The notes beneath the pieces were generated by a model that was given only the letters and a program-made list of their open reading frames with translations, was not told the DNA's origin and did not search any database. Shown here piece by piece: positions 28,094-37,636 of a stretch of DNA of 57,007 bases. The position numbers and the translations under genes were made by a program. This DNA is from a virus (Duplodnaviria; Caudoviricetes). The stretch spans positions 1 to 57,007 of the IMG/VR virus record IMGVR_UViG_3300028599_000005. One strand, written 5' to 3'. Within the stretch, counting starts at the first letter, position 1; the number at the start of each line of letters is the position of its first letter.

Positions 28094-28426
28094 TCATGAC
28101 GCTGGCCCGTTGTCGATGGCTTCGATGTTTTTCGCGCCCGTGTGACGCCGATCGTACAGGAGCCCGCTGCCCGCAAGCCGCTCGTACCGTTCAAGGTCGA
28201 GAACATTCACTATGAACGGCAGACTCGACGGCAAGGGCTTGATTTCGCCAAGGGCAATCATCTTCGCCGTTTGCGCGCTCGAAAGCGGGATTGGCGCTGG
28301 CTTCGCTGGATGGCTCTCGCATGTCGGGGGATACGGCATTGTTTCCGTCCAGTCGTCATGCCTCACCTGGTATTCGACGACCCCGGGAAAGCTGATGCGG
28401 CCATTTTTGTGTTGCTTGAATTTCAT
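28094..28426 (-). CDS. Hypothetical protein
   Basis: GGAGG RBS; ATGA overlap. Confidence 0.55.
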   Translation of the reverse strand: MKFKQHKNGRISFPGVVEYQVRHDDWTETMPYPPTCESHPAKPAPIPLSSAQTAKMIALGEIKPLPSSLPFIVNVLDLERYERLAGSGLLYDRRHTGAKNIEAIDNGPAS

Positions 28427-28755
28427 ATCGCCGCCTCCAGCCGGTCGCACAGGGCCTTGAATTCCGTGTCTCGCTCGCACCATATCTCCGCTTTTCGGCA
28501 AGCATTAATGATGGTGGTATGGTCACGCCCGCCAATTTGTCTGCCAATTTCCGCAAGACTCATTTTGGAGTGATTAGAGAGTGTCAGGCATATTGCGGCA
28601 CGTGGTAAGAAAACCGCCCTCGCGCGTTGTCTGCCGAGCAATCGAGGAACAGTTATCCCTGACGCTTGCGACGCTTCAGTCAAAAGAGCTTCGGTCATGG
28701 TACGATAGTTAAGAGCTTTCGCCGCAGCCCTGCGCTTCCGTGATTCGTTACTCAT
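28423..28755 (-). CDS. DnaA C-terminal HTH-like protein
   Basis: SLAEIGRQIGGRDHTTII. Confidence 0.8.
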   Translation of the reverse strand: MSNESRKRRAAAKALNYRTMTEALLTEASQASGITVPRLLGRQRARAVFLPRAAICLTLSNHSKMSLAEIGRQIGGRDHTTIINACRKAEIWCERDTEFKALCDRLEAAI

Positions 28756-28794
28756 GCCATGCCGCCATCTTCGGGGTGGGGAGAATCACTGTCG

Positions 28795-29190
28795 TCATGC
28801 GTCCAGCAGCCTCTCAAGCTGCTCCACGGCGTTCGCAGGAGTGTGTGCCGATATGACGTGGTACTCATACCCAAGGGCAACTAGGCCCTCCCCAAAGGCT
28901 TTTTGCGCATCGGATTGGCCCCGACCCTTCACCTTGTTCTCGATATGCAAGAGTCGCCCGCGCATCCAAACCATCAAATCCATGGCGCCAGGCACGAGCC
29001 CCATGTCACGAAGGCTCTGCATTTTGGCGTAGTTCACCCTGCCGTTAGCCGCGAACATCGCCGAATCGTTGGGGATGGCGCAGAACATCACATCGCGCGC
29101 CAGATCGCGGCGGGACTCAAGATACTTCACCTGAGCCTTTTGCAGGTCGCTCTCTTTCCAGCCGCGCATGGTTTGTTCGTGGCGCTTCAT
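28795..29190 (-). CDS. VRR-NUC domain nuclease
   Basis: ESDLQ, AIPN, GLVPGAMDL, IENK, QSDAQKAF. Confidence 0.8.
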   Translation of the reverse strand: MKRHEQTMRGWKESDLQKAQVKYLESRRDLARDVMFCAIPNDSAMFAANGRVNYAKMQSLRDMGLVPGAMDLMVWMRGRLLHIENKVKGRGQSDAQKAFGEGLVALGYEYHVISAHTPANAVEQLERLLDA

Positions 29191-29732
29191 CCCCATTGCT
29201 CCGCCATGGCCTGTGCGATTCCGGTATATGTGCGGCTGCGCTCTTTCCAGCGGTCGGGACCGGGCGATGCCCGGTGAACACGCGCCGCCCGGCCCTCGAC
29301 AATATCTGTAGCGCGAAGCGGCATAAGGCCATCCAGCCACAGACACGTTGCCTTGGTTTCCCCGTGCCCGAACTGCCACGGGTGAATAATCTGGTCGGGC
29401 TTGCGGATTCTCGACGAGATAACCGATATCGGGTTTTCCAGAGCCTTGCGCGGTATTGGTGCGTCGAGAAGGCGCTGCACGAAATTCAGCGCCGCTATCT
29501 GTTCGGCCACTTTGTCCTTGAACCAGCGGGCGCCGGAAACCGCCAGGTGCGTACAGGGCGGATGTGCTATCATCAGATCCCAACCGTTGCCCAGAATATC
29601 AAGAACGTCGCCCTGAATATGCTGGCCGCTTGTTTCCGAAGGCAACAGGTCGCACGACCATGCGTCATGCCCGCGAGCCTTGAAGGCATCCCGCACAACA
29701 CCGGAGAATTCGCATCCGACAAGGACTCTCAT
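29187..29732 (-). CDS. Short DNA cytosine methyltransferase-like protein
   Basis: GCEFSG, IAHPPCT, ENP, PWQFGH, RSRTY..IA.AMAEQW. Confidence 0.8.
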   Translation of the reverse strand: MRVLVGCEFSGVVRDAFKARGHDAWSCDLLPSETSGQHIQGDVLDILGNGWDLMIAHPPCTHLAVSGARWFKDKVAEQIAALNFVQRLLDAPIPRKALENPISVISSRIRKPDQIIHPWQFGHGETKATCLWLDGLMPLRATDIVEGRAARVHRASPGPDRWKERSRTYTGIAQAMAEQWG

Positions 29733-29751
29733 CTCACCCTACCCCGGAAAA

Positions 29752-30085
29752 GGACCGGACCCGAAGGCCCGGCCAAGACAGGGAGGCGCACCCTGGGAGG
29801 GGCGCATGGTGGACGCGGGCAGAGGATGTTGAAGGTGTGAAGCCCGATCCTCTGTTGTTCCCGCGTCCGTCGATGGCTGGCACAAGGGTAATATCCGCGC
29901 AACACGGTGGGGAGAACCGGTGCGCGCATGTACCAGCCATCGAGAGAAGCGGGGTGCCGGGCGCGGCGCAAGGAGTATCCGCGCCCGGCGGGCCGTCCAG
30001 TTGAGGCAAGTTGGACGGCGATAAATTGCCGGACCCGGCACGAGGAATATCGGGTCCGGCGGGCCGTCCGTAACGGGTGGGCGGC
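29752..30085. other. Non-coding run of about eight hairpins
   Basis: Consecutive inverted repeats, including two tandem ~44-nt units with compensatory stem changes. Confidence 0.55.
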
Positions 30086-30194
30086 TTTCTGTGCTACGCT
30101 GGCGGTCATTGGCACCCCCTCCGCGCCTTCAACGCGCGCTGGACTTTCGCCCATGTCGGAACCGGCGGGAACAGCCGTGCGAGGAGGCGGCGGA

Positions 30195-30575
30195 TCATGA
30201 CAGTGCCTCATATCCGTTCAGAGCGGTGCGGATTGTCTGTATTTCCTTCGGGCTGTTGCGTGTATATTCCGCACCCGATTTCTTTATTGCCTCTCTAATG
30301 CGCGGCACTTGCGTGCTCCACATTTCGTGGTTATTACTGATAAAGGGATCATCCCAGCAGTTGAGGACGCCAAATATCGCGTCCGCGGCAGTCGTTGCAT
30401 CGCCAACCGTTAAAAATCTGTACGGAAGTGCAAAGCCGCTAGGCAGGTGGGTGACTACCCATTCGTGCTCTCGGCGACGATCTACGGCGAATGGCGGTGA
30501 AACAACGCCGTCTAGCGTCATTGAATTGCCAGAGGGTGGGATGGCAATCTGAAATTCGCCTTGCTGCCATTCCAT
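30195..30575 (-). CDS. Hypothetical protein
   Basis: WVVTHLPSG motif. Confidence 0.6.
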   Translation of the reverse strand: MEWQQGEFQIAIPPSGNSMTLDGVVSPPFAVDRRREHEWVVTHLPSGFALPYRFLTVGDATTAADAIFGVLNCWDDPFISNNHEMWSTQVPRIREAIKKSGAEYTRNSPKEIQTIRTALNGYEALS

Positions 30576-30687
30576 CAGCACGCCCCCCACAGCAGGCAGG
30601 CCGTCGTGCCCGGCGCGGCCTCAAGGGCCAGCAGGAATACCAGCATTATCATCGCCAGGCAGATGGCGCAGCGGCGCACAAGCGGTT

Positions 30688-30960
30688 TCATGGCGTCCTC
30701 CAAAACTTTTCCCCGCGCGCCACAATGCGCCGCCAGCGCGCAACCCATACCGATGAACGCGCCTGTTCCCCGTCGGTTGTATTGACGGCGGGTCCTTTCC
30801 GCGCTTTCGGTGGCGAAAGGGAAAGGTTGCTGCAATGATCGAACACGTCCACCAAGTGCTGCGGGTCGGCAGCGATATATTCGGTAACGCCGGATTTGAT
30901 AATCAGGCACAGGAAGAACAGCAGGACCAGAAGCAGAATTATCGTTACGATTGCGGTCAT
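30688..30960 (-). CDS. Membrane-anchored hypothetical protein
   Basis: GAGGA RBS; N-terminal TM helix. Confidence 0.55.
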   Translation of the reverse strand: MTAIVTIILLLVLLFFLCLIIKSGVTEYIAADPQHLVDVFDHCSNLSLSPPKARKGPAVNTTDGEQARSSVWVARWRRIVARGEKFWRTP

Positions 30961-30990
30961 GAGTCCTCGCTCAATTTTTCGGACGGCTCA

Positions 30991-31024
30991 TTAACGTTTT
31001 GTTAACCATGATTATGGATATACT
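30991..31024 (+). promoter_or_regulatory. CtrA box with downstream -10 (PRE-like promoter)
   Basis: TTAA-CGTTTTG-TTAAC at 30991-31006; TATACT at 31019-31024. Confidence 0.6.
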
Positions 31025-31070
31025 GGTGTGGGTGGACTATCCTTAAGGGGGAGATCATGCATACCAAAAA

Positions 31071-31274
31071 TTATCCGCGGCTGGCGGTCTCCAGCAACTC
31101 ATCCACGGACAAATCAACGTCGCGCTCGCGGGCCAGAATCAAAAGCCGCGAATGCCACTTGCCGGGCACGCCTCCAGCGGACCAGTTGCGGATTGTCGAG
31201 GGCGGGATTTCAAGCGTTGCGGCGAGTGCATCGACGCCGCCGAAACGCGCCAGAATTTCTTGTGGGGTTGACAT
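31071..31274 (-). CDS. cro: Cro-like repressor
   Basis: FGGVDALAATLEIPPSTIRNW..GGVP. Confidence 0.8.
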   Translation of the reverse strand: MSTPQEILARFGGVDALAATLEIPPSTIRNWSAGGVPGKWHSRLLILARERDVDLSVDELLETASRG

Positions 31275-31287
31275 AAAACAAGAACTA

Positions 31288-31323
31288 TCCAATTATTGGA
31301 CTAATGTCAATCCAAAAAACGGA
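31288..31323. promoter_or_regulatory. OR-type operators and cro promoter
   Basis: TCCAATTATTGGA and TCCAAAAAACGGA; TTGACA on minus. Confidence 0.65.
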
Positions 31324-31344
31324 TGCAAAAATAAGGACAAACGT

Positions 31345-31710
31345 ATGCCGCCGCAGGGATACAGTGTGTCCATGGCACGGACACGGAAGGTTCCGCCACC
31401 TGTTGTTAAAAAGCAGGGCCGGAAGAAGCACTCACCCCAGGACGACCTGTTTAAGCGACAGGTCGGAACGCGGCTGCGCGAGATACGCAACCACTGGAAA
31501 TACACCCAGAAAGAGTTCAGCCAAATCCTCGGAATCCCGCACGGGACGTACAACAAATACGAAATCGGCGAGTCATTCCCCCACCCCGCCACGATTGCAC
31601 AATTGATCGTGTGGGGGGTGAACATGAACTACCTCCTGGCCGGTTTCGGCGACCGTTTCATTCGCCATCACGTCATGCGGCCCGGCCAGATCGAATACCC
31701 GATCAACTGA
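31345..31710 (+). CDS. CI-like XRE repressor lacking a peptidase domain
   Basis: RLREIR..YTQKEFSQILGI..TYNKYEIG; divergent from cro. Confidence 0.8.
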   Translation: MPPQGYSVSMARTRKVPPPVVKKQGRKKHSPQDDLFKRQVGTRLREIRNHWKYTQKEFSQILGIPHGTYNKYEIGESFPHPATIAQLIVWGVNMNYLLAGFGDRFIRHHVMRPGQIEYPIN

Positions 31711-31788
31711 TCCCGGCATTTATCTTTCGTTCTCGTTTTCCTTCAGTCTGGAACAATTCTAGCAGCCTCACGTTTTCGTGAAGTCGCG

Positions 31789-31830
31789 TCCGTTTTTTGG
31801 ATTGACGCTATCCAATAAATGGATTACGCT
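31789..31830 (+). promoter_or_regulatory. OL-type operators and early promoter
   Basis: TCCGTTTTTTGGA and TCCAATAAATGGA; TTGACG-17-TACGCT. Confidence 0.7.
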
Positions 31831-31859
31831 CTCTCTATCAACCCTGATGGAGAGACGCA

Positions 31860-32564
31860 ATGCCTGCGGAGACAAATAAGCCTTTTGGATCGGACCGGAG
31901 AGTATCGGTGAAAGCGGAATACGCGGCAATGCTACAGCCGTTCGCCTCCACTGAGAAACACCGATATTGCCTGAACGGTATTTACGTCGCGCCGCACCCG
32001 GACGGTGGCGTTCTCATGGTCGCGACCAACGGTCATATTATGGGCGTGATCAGGGATAAAGAAGGCGAGTCCAACGGCCCATGGATTTGCCGTATACCGC
32101 GCGATGTAGCGCGCGCCGTCAACGTCCAGCGGCGGTCAAAGAAGCGGGTGGCTGAAATAGCGGACCGTCTCTTGTTCACGGGCACGACGGCATATGTGGT
32201 GAACGCCAGTTTTGACATAGAGGCTGGCGATATGTCGGAAATTGGCCCGTATCATCTTATCGCGGCGCATGCCCCGCCAATCGATGGGACGTTTCCCGAC
32301 TACCATAAAGTGCTTCCGACCGAGATAGCTGATGGCGGATGCGTAGCGCTGGCGAGACATGTCCTTGAGCCGTTCCTAAAGATAGCGGCCATGCGGATGG
32401 CCACCGGGGTCGATATCCACGCGAGCGGTCGGACGGACCCTTGTGTCATTTTCGTACCAAATACACCCGAATTCTTTGGTGTTGCCATGCCATTTAGGTC
32501 GGGTGTGGAAGCCATCATTCCGCAATGGATCGCGTCTGACCCCGTGCCAAATGCCGCCGAGTAA
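31860..32564 (+). CDS. DNA polymerase III beta-clamp-like protein
   Basis: RYCLNGI, VATNGH, DGTFPDY.KVLP, GVAMP. Confidence 0.75.
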   Translation: MPAETNKPFGSDRRVSVKAEYAAMLQPFASTEKHRYCLNGIYVAPHPDGGVLMVATNGHIMGVIRDKEGESNGPWICRIPRDVARAVNVQRRSKKRVAEIADRLLFTGTTAYVVNASFDIEAGDMSEIGPYHLIAAHAPPIDGTFPDYHKVLPTEIADGGCVALARHVLEPFLKIAAMRMATGVDIHASGRTDPCVIFVPNTPEFFGVAMPFRSGVEAIIPQWIASDPVPNAAE

Positions 32565-32593
32565 CCCCGGCATCAACCCTGATGGAGAGCGAC

Positions 32594-33016
32594 ATGACCC
32601 CAAGAGAGATTCGCGACGCATGCAACGAAATGGCCAAGGGCATCGGCGAGCGCGCCAACATACACGTGGGCTTCAACACTTTCGACGAGCCTCTGTATGC
32701 CAACATCATGGCTGGCGGCGAGACAAGGCTTCGGGTTAAAGCCGAAGATTGGGAGGAATTGTTCCGCAAATTGCGTGAGGAGTGGAAAGCCTGCGACGAC
32801 GAATTCCGCGCCAGCATGATCAAAAAAATGGCGCTCGAAATCATCCGCATTACCGACGAACAGGGTGAATGCACCGACGCGGCATTGCGCGGGGGCTGGA
32901 CTTTCACCGATGCCGACGTGGAGCGATTTGGTTCCGACGCCTGCGCCAAGGCCGACGAAATGGCCGGCAGGGGTCCGTTCCGTATTACTCGGATTGCTGG
33001 CGCGAACGCCGCCTAA
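32594..33016 (+). CDS. Hypothetical protein
   Basis: GGAGAG RBS in the repeated CAACCCTGATGGAGAG leader. Confidence 0.7.
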   Translation: MTPREIRDACNEMAKGIGERANIHVGFNTFDEPLYANIMAGGETRLRVKAEDWEELFRKLREEWKACDDEFRASMIKKMALEIIRITDEQGECTDAALRGGWTFTDADVERFGSDACAKADEMAGRGPFRITRIAGANAA

Positions 33017-33039
33017 CCCCCGCACCGATGGAGAGAGCC

Positions 33040-33219
33040 GTGACCAGCCCAATAATGATGATTATCCCAACTGATAACGGCTTCGTCTTTATGCCGTTCA
33101 ATATGAATGTTCTGGTCAGCGTCGATCCGACGAAAACGGCGGAGGTCTTGGTGGCTCGCAACGCTGCTGAACTGGCCGAACTTGTGCGCGAACACTACGG
33201 AGACGCACATGACGTTTAA
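33040..33219 (+). CDS. Small hypothetical protein
   Basis: GGAGAG RBS, GTG start. Confidence 0.5.
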   Translation: MTSPIMMIIPTDNGFVFMPFNMNVLVSVDPTKTAEVLVARNAAELAELVREHYGDAHDV

Positions 33220-33382
33220 GCCCGAGAGGAAAACAACCCATCCAAGCGGCTACGTGACATTGCGCATGAGGGATGATGACGCCGCACGAGTTAAGGCGGC
33301 TGCCAGAGCGTCCGGGGTATCCATGACCGAATTTATGCGTCAGTGCATCCTCTACGCCCTCGACAACATGGAGGCACCATGA
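33209..33382 (+). CDS. Ribbon-helix-helix protein
   Basis: VTLRM...VKAAARASGVSMTEFMR. Confidence 0.7.
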   Translation: MTFKPERKTTHPSGYVTLRMRDDDAARVKAAARASGVSMTEFMRQCILYALDNMEAP

Positions 33383-33723
33383 CCAGCACCACCGCCGCTA
33401 ACGGTAAGCATACGCCCGGCCCTTGGTACGTTTGCCCTGAATGCGCTTATGGGTGGGACATCCACAGCGTCAACGGAAATATTTGGGTTGGTGACGCTAA
33501 AAATTCTCACGACCAACAAGATGGGTTCCCAACCACAAGTGAGGGGGAGGCCAACGCCCAACTGATATCCGCCGCGCCGGATATGCAAGAGGCGCTGAAT
33601 GCATGTGACAAGGCATTTGCCGCTTGGCAGGTCGGGCAGATTCCCGGTCGCCCCGAAGATATTCTTGCGCTGATATCCGAGGTTCGCGCCGCCCTTGCGA
33701 AATCTCGCGGAGAAACCCCATGA
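33379..33723 (+). CDS. Hypothetical phage protein
   Basis: KHTPGPW...ANAQLISAAPDM. Confidence 0.7.
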   Translation: MTSTTAANGKHTPGPWYVCPECAYGWDIHSVNGNIWVGDAKNSHDQQDGFPTTSEGEANAQLISAAPDMQEALNACDKAFAAWQVGQIPGRPEDILALISEVRAALAKSRGETP

Positions 33724-34085
33724 CCGCCCTCGCCGCCTACGAATCCGGCGCCGGCCAGCGGACCCGCGAGGAGCGCAGGGACTTCGCGGAACGGACGGAT
33801 ATCGACACGCTCCTGAAATGGCTGCTGTCCGACAGCTTCGCCCTGCCCGTTCAACGCGCCGCGATGTGGCTGGCCGCGGACCCCTTAAATCCAAGGGCAA
33901 GCCTGGAGGTCTACCGGGAGCTTTGGGCGGCACACCGCAGGAACGCCAACTGGTCGCGCCTTGCCCCGCGCCGGGAGATACGCAAGGCCATTACGGCGGT
34001 GGCGAAAATCCATGGCGAGCAGCGCGCGGCGGTGAACTCACAGGCCACGATGAACGGGTTTATCAACGGATTGGCGGCGGAATGA
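33720..34085 (+). CDS. Hypothetical protein
   Basis: Coupled ORF, GGAG RBS. Confidence 0.6.
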   Translation: MTALAAYESGAGQRTREERRDFAERTDIDTLLKWLLSDSFALPVQRAAMWLAADPLNPRASLEVYRELWAAHRRNANWSRLAPRREIRKAITAVAKIHGEQRAAVNSQATMNGFINGLAAE

Positions 34086-34330
34086 TGACCGACAAACCGG
34101 AAACCGCGATGGCGCGAGCCTTTATGGCCACACATCGAAAGTCCGCCGCGCTTGCCAAGGCTCGCGATCAAATCGCCGCCCTCCGCGCTGCCGGATATCG
34201 CATCGTGCCGGCAGAACCTACGAAGGAACAGTGTGAGGCGGCACACACAGTCATTGCCGGTGACGACGGGGGAATACCCGAAGTCTACCGCGCCATGCTC
34301 GCAGCCGCAGAGGAGTCCGGCCATGAGTAA
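34082..34330 (+). CDS. Hypothetical protein
   Basis: VPAEPT...YRAMLAAA phage motif. Confidence 0.6.
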   Translation: MMTDKPETAMARAFMATHRKSAALAKARDQIAALRAAGYRIVPAEPTKEQCEAAHTVIAGDDGGIPEVYRAMLAAAEESGHE

Positions 34331-34769
34331 GGACGAGGAACAACTTGAGCAACGGTCATTAACGATATTCTCAATCACCAAAAATCGACGTGTGGCTCAT
34401 ACCGGTGGGATGGGCAATCGCAGTGACGAATGTGAAGAATACGCCCGCCGCATAGTCGCCTCCTGGAATGCCTGTAAGGGCATCGAAACGGAAACGCTGG
34501 AATCCAGGGCCGTGGAACCATGCGATATCTGCGGCGCGGCGAGCCATAACCTGAGAGCTAACCGGGCAGAAGCCCGCGCCGACACGGCAACGGCACTGCT
34601 CACAGAGGCGCGCGACTTCATCCGGGCCGAGTACAATGCCCTGCTGGATTCCGCCTGCCTCAAGGATGAATCCAACCACCCGCGCCGGGATACGCTGGAC
34701 CCTTATGCGGCAGAGCATGTTGGCGCCTACGAAGCCCTGCTCGCGAAACTGGACGAGGCGCTGAAATGA
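34323..34769 (+). CDS. Hypothetical protein
   Basis: ARRIVASWNACKGI motif; AGGAG RBS. Confidence 0.65.
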   Translation: MSKDEEQLEQRSLTIFSITKNRRVAHTGGMGNRSDECEEYARRIVASWNACKGIETETLESRAVEPCDICGAASHNLRANRAEARADTATALLTEARDFIRAEYNALLDSACLKDESNHPRRDTLDPYAAEHVGAYEALLAKLDEALK

Positions 34770-34851
34770 CCGACCAGGAACGGGCCATCCGGGACGAACT
34801 GGAAATCCACGGCGTTCTGGTGACGGGCAAATTGAACGAATGGAGATTGAA

Positions 34852-35622
34852 ATGACCGAAGTTCAAACCACGAAACCAGCCGGCGCGCTGGTGGAAGCGG
34901 AATCCGCGGCATTGCCCGCAGTCCAGGAGCAAGGGTCGGTGGCCCTCATGCGCATGATCGAGCGGGCAATTACGGACCCCAACTTCGACGTTGCCAAAAT
35001 GGAGCAGTTACTCGCCGTCAAGGAACGGTGGGAAGCCAACGAGGCCCGTAAGGCGTTCGTGCGGGCGCTCGCCGCGTTCAAGGCCGACCCGCCCAAGGTG
35101 AAGAAGAACCGGCACGTCAAGTTTGCGCAGACGGAATACGACCACGCCACGCTCGATCATATCTGTGACGTGGTGGGCAAGGCGCTGGCGGCGCACGGGC
35201 TGTCCCATACATGGAAGGTTGTGCAGCATGAAAACGCGGCTGTCGAGGTTACATGCGTGTTGACCCATGAACTCGGACATTCTGAGCTGGTGACGATGCG
35301 CGGCATGCCGGACAGTTCGGGCAGCAAGAACCTCATCCAGCAGATCGGCTCTACCACCACGTATTTGCAGCGGTACACGCTCCTGTCGGCAACCGGGCTC
35401 GCGGCGGCGGGGCAGGATAATGATGGCGGAGCGCCAGCAGACCTAATATCCGCCGAACAGAAGAAAACGCTGGTTGCGCTGATGAAGGAAGTCGAGGCCG
35501 ACACCAATAAATTCCTGAAATATCTCGGGGTCGAAACCATCGACGAACTGCCGGCCAACTCTTTCGGGTCGGCGAAGACCGCGCTTGAGGCCAAGCGGAG
35601 TGCGAACAATGCAGATATATGA
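34852..35622 (+). CDS. erf: ERF family ssDNA-annealing recombinase
   Basis: HGLS, LTHELGH, QQIGSTTTYLQRYTL...QDNDG. Confidence 0.88.
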   Translation: MTEVQTTKPAGALVEAESAALPAVQEQGSVALMRMIERAITDPNFDVAKMEQLLAVKERWEANEARKAFVRALAAFKADPPKVKKNRHVKFAQTEYDHATLDHICDVVGKALAAHGLSHTWKVVQHENAAVEVTCVLTHELGHSELVTMRGMPDSSGSKNLIQQIGSTTTYLQRYTLLSATGLAAAGQDNDGGAPADLISAEQKKTLVALMKEVEADTNKFLKYLGVETIDELPANSFGSAKTALEAKRSANNADI

Positions 35623-36271
35623 CGTGGAACAACGCAGCGACGAATGGTACGCGCTTCGGGCGGGGTTGCCCACGGCCTCAGAGTTTTCCAAGATCGTCAC
35701 AAGTCGTGGCGAGCCGTCGAAGTCCGCCGCCACCTACGCGCTGACCCTTGCCGCGGAACTGTTCGCGGGTAAGCCCGTGGACGCATGGGAAGGCAATGCC
35801 TGGACCGAGCGCGGGCGTGAAATGGAATCGCGGGCCGTCGAACTCTACGAGTTTGCCCACGATCTGGACACCGTACCCGTGGGGTTCGTAACCGACGACG
35901 AGGCCACTATGGGCTGCTCGCCGGACCGGTTTGTCGACGATGACGGGCTGATCGAGGTCAAGTGCCTGAAGGCCGAAAACCACGTCAAGGCCATCCTCTA
36001 TTACCAGAAGAACGGGCGCCCCCCCACGGATTACGTGCAGCAGGCGCAGGGCCAGATGATGATCTGCGGCCGGAAATGGTGCGACATCGTTTTCTACCAC
36101 CCGGAACTGCCCATGCTCACCATCCGCACGGAACCGGACAAGGACGTTCAATACGCGCTGATGGACGGCATTCCGAAACTCTGCACCGAGCGGGATCGGG
36201 TTCTGGCGGCACTGCGCCGGCAGGCCGGGCCAAACCTCGATACACCGAATACCATTATGGCGGCGGGCTAA
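35609..36271 (+). CDS. YqaJ / lambda-type exonuclease
   Basis: QRSDEW..LRAG.PTAS, GCSPD, IEVKC, QAQGQM. Confidence 0.9.
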   Translation: MQIYDVEQRSDEWYALRAGLPTASEFSKIVTSRGEPSKSAATYALTLAAELFAGKPVDAWEGNAWTERGREMESRAVELYEFAHDLDTVPVGFVTDDEATMGCSPDRFVDDDGLIEVKCLKAENHVKAILYYQKNGRPPTDYVQQAQGQMMICGRKWCDIVFYHPELPMLTIRTEPDKDVQYALMDGIPKLCTERDRVLAALRRQAGPNLDTPNTIMAAG

Positions 36272-36786
36272 TGGCTGACATCCCGCCCCTGGCATTTGAC
36301 TGGACCGACGAGGGCGTCATGCACCCGCAGCGTCCGCGCCTTGCCGATAAGCATTACGTCGTCGGCGAATCCTACATGCTGATCCCGCATGAAGAGCGGT
36401 CAATGCGCAGCCATCGGTTTTACTTCGCGTCGGTGAAAGAGGCATGGAAGAATCTCCCGGAGGATGTGGCGGACAGGTTCCCGACGGCGGATCATCTTCG
36501 CAAATACGCGCTGATCAAGTCGGGCTATCGGGACGAACGCAGCATCGTTTGCTCTTCGAAGGCTGAGGCGCTGCGGGTCGGGGCGTTTATCCGCCCCATG
36601 GATGAATACGCGGTCGTGGTCGTGCGGGACGCCGTGGTGACGGTGTACGAAGCCAAGTCTCAATCAATGAGGGCTATGGGCAAGAAAACCTTCGGCGCCA
36701 GCAAGGAGGCCGTTCTCGATACCGTGGCGTCGATGATCGGCACGACATCCGGCACGTTGACGGCCAACGCAGGTGCGGCGGCATGA
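36271..36786 (+). CDS. NinB/DUF1367-like recombination protein
   Basis: RSMRSHRFYFA...KSQSM.AM. Confidence 0.55.
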   Translation: MADIPPLAFDWTDEGVMHPQRPRLADKHYVVGESYMLIPHEERSMRSHRFYFASVKEAWKNLPEDVADRFPTADHLRKYALIKSGYRDERSIVCSSKAEALRVGAFIRPMDEYAVVVVRDAVVTVYEAKSQSMRAMGKKTFGASKEAVLDTVASMIGTTSGTLTANAGAAA

Positions 36787-37118
36787 TGTGCCCCAAGCCC
36801 CCGAAGCCGGTCCGCGACAAGGCGCATCTGGCGTTCGTGGCTGGCCTGCCCTGCTGCATCACGGGCAGAACCGACGGAGTGCAGGCGCACCATTTGTTGA
36901 AAACCAGCGAAAAATGCATGGGCCGGCGCTCCGGCGACGACAAGGTTATACCCCTGCACCATGAAATCCACACCGCGCTGCACGGCAGCGGCGACGAGAC
37001 GGCGTTTCTCGATATTTGCGTCATAGATGGCCCGGCCCTCGCAAGGGCGCTGTACGCCGCCACGGGGGACCATGAACAGGGCTTGCGCGTGGTGCGCGGG
37101 CTGGAAAGGACGGGGTGA
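36783..37118 (+). CDS. DUF968-like putative nuclease
   Basis: HLAFVAGLPCCITG...AHH...IPL..H..LH. Confidence 0.7.
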   Translation: MMCPKPPKPVRDKAHLAFVAGLPCCITGRTDGVQAHHLLKTSEKCMGRRSGDDKVIPLHHEIHTALHGSGDETAFLDICVIDGPALARALYAATGDHEQGLRVVRGLERTG

Positions 37119-37528
37119 TGGACATACAAAAACTAATCGACACGATGAACGACTTAGACCAGCACACGCGCGCGAATTACCACCTGACGCTGGGGAAGCT
37201 GATTGAATCACTGGCACCAATGCCGGGGACTTTACCGGTTCACTTCGACTGGAACGGCTACAGCCCCAACAAGGAAAGGAGCTATCGCGGATACTACTGC
37301 GATCTCGCCTTTGATTGGGGGACGGAGCCAATGACGGTAGAGACGCTTGCCGGCATCTGCGGCCGGGCACTGGGCAGCACCTACATGGGGTACAAGGGAG
37401 GCGATTACGTAATGGGCGACCGCACGCCACTGTGGGCTGCCGAGTATGGTCACGAAGGGCGGGCCATCGTTGGAATATCGCTCGCCGACGACCGCGTGAT
37501 AATCATAACCAAAGACCTGGAAGAATGA
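37115..37528 (+). CDS. Hypothetical phage protein
   Basis: SYRGYYCDLA, GYKGGDY motifs. Confidence 0.7.
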   Translation: MMDIQKLIDTMNDLDQHTRANYHLTLGKLIESLAPMPGTLPVHFDWNGYSPNKERSYRGYYCDLAFDWGTEPMTVETLAGICGRALGSTYMGYKGGDYVMGDRTPLWAAEYGHEGRAIVGISLADDRVIIITKDLEE

Positions 37529-37636
37529 CCCGCAAGGACTTCGAAAAACTCATCGGCCTGGAGAAGCGCCGGATAGCCGCGATGCATGAGCTTGGGGTGG
37601 AGGAATGAACAAGGCAATCCAGGAGGTCAGAGAACG

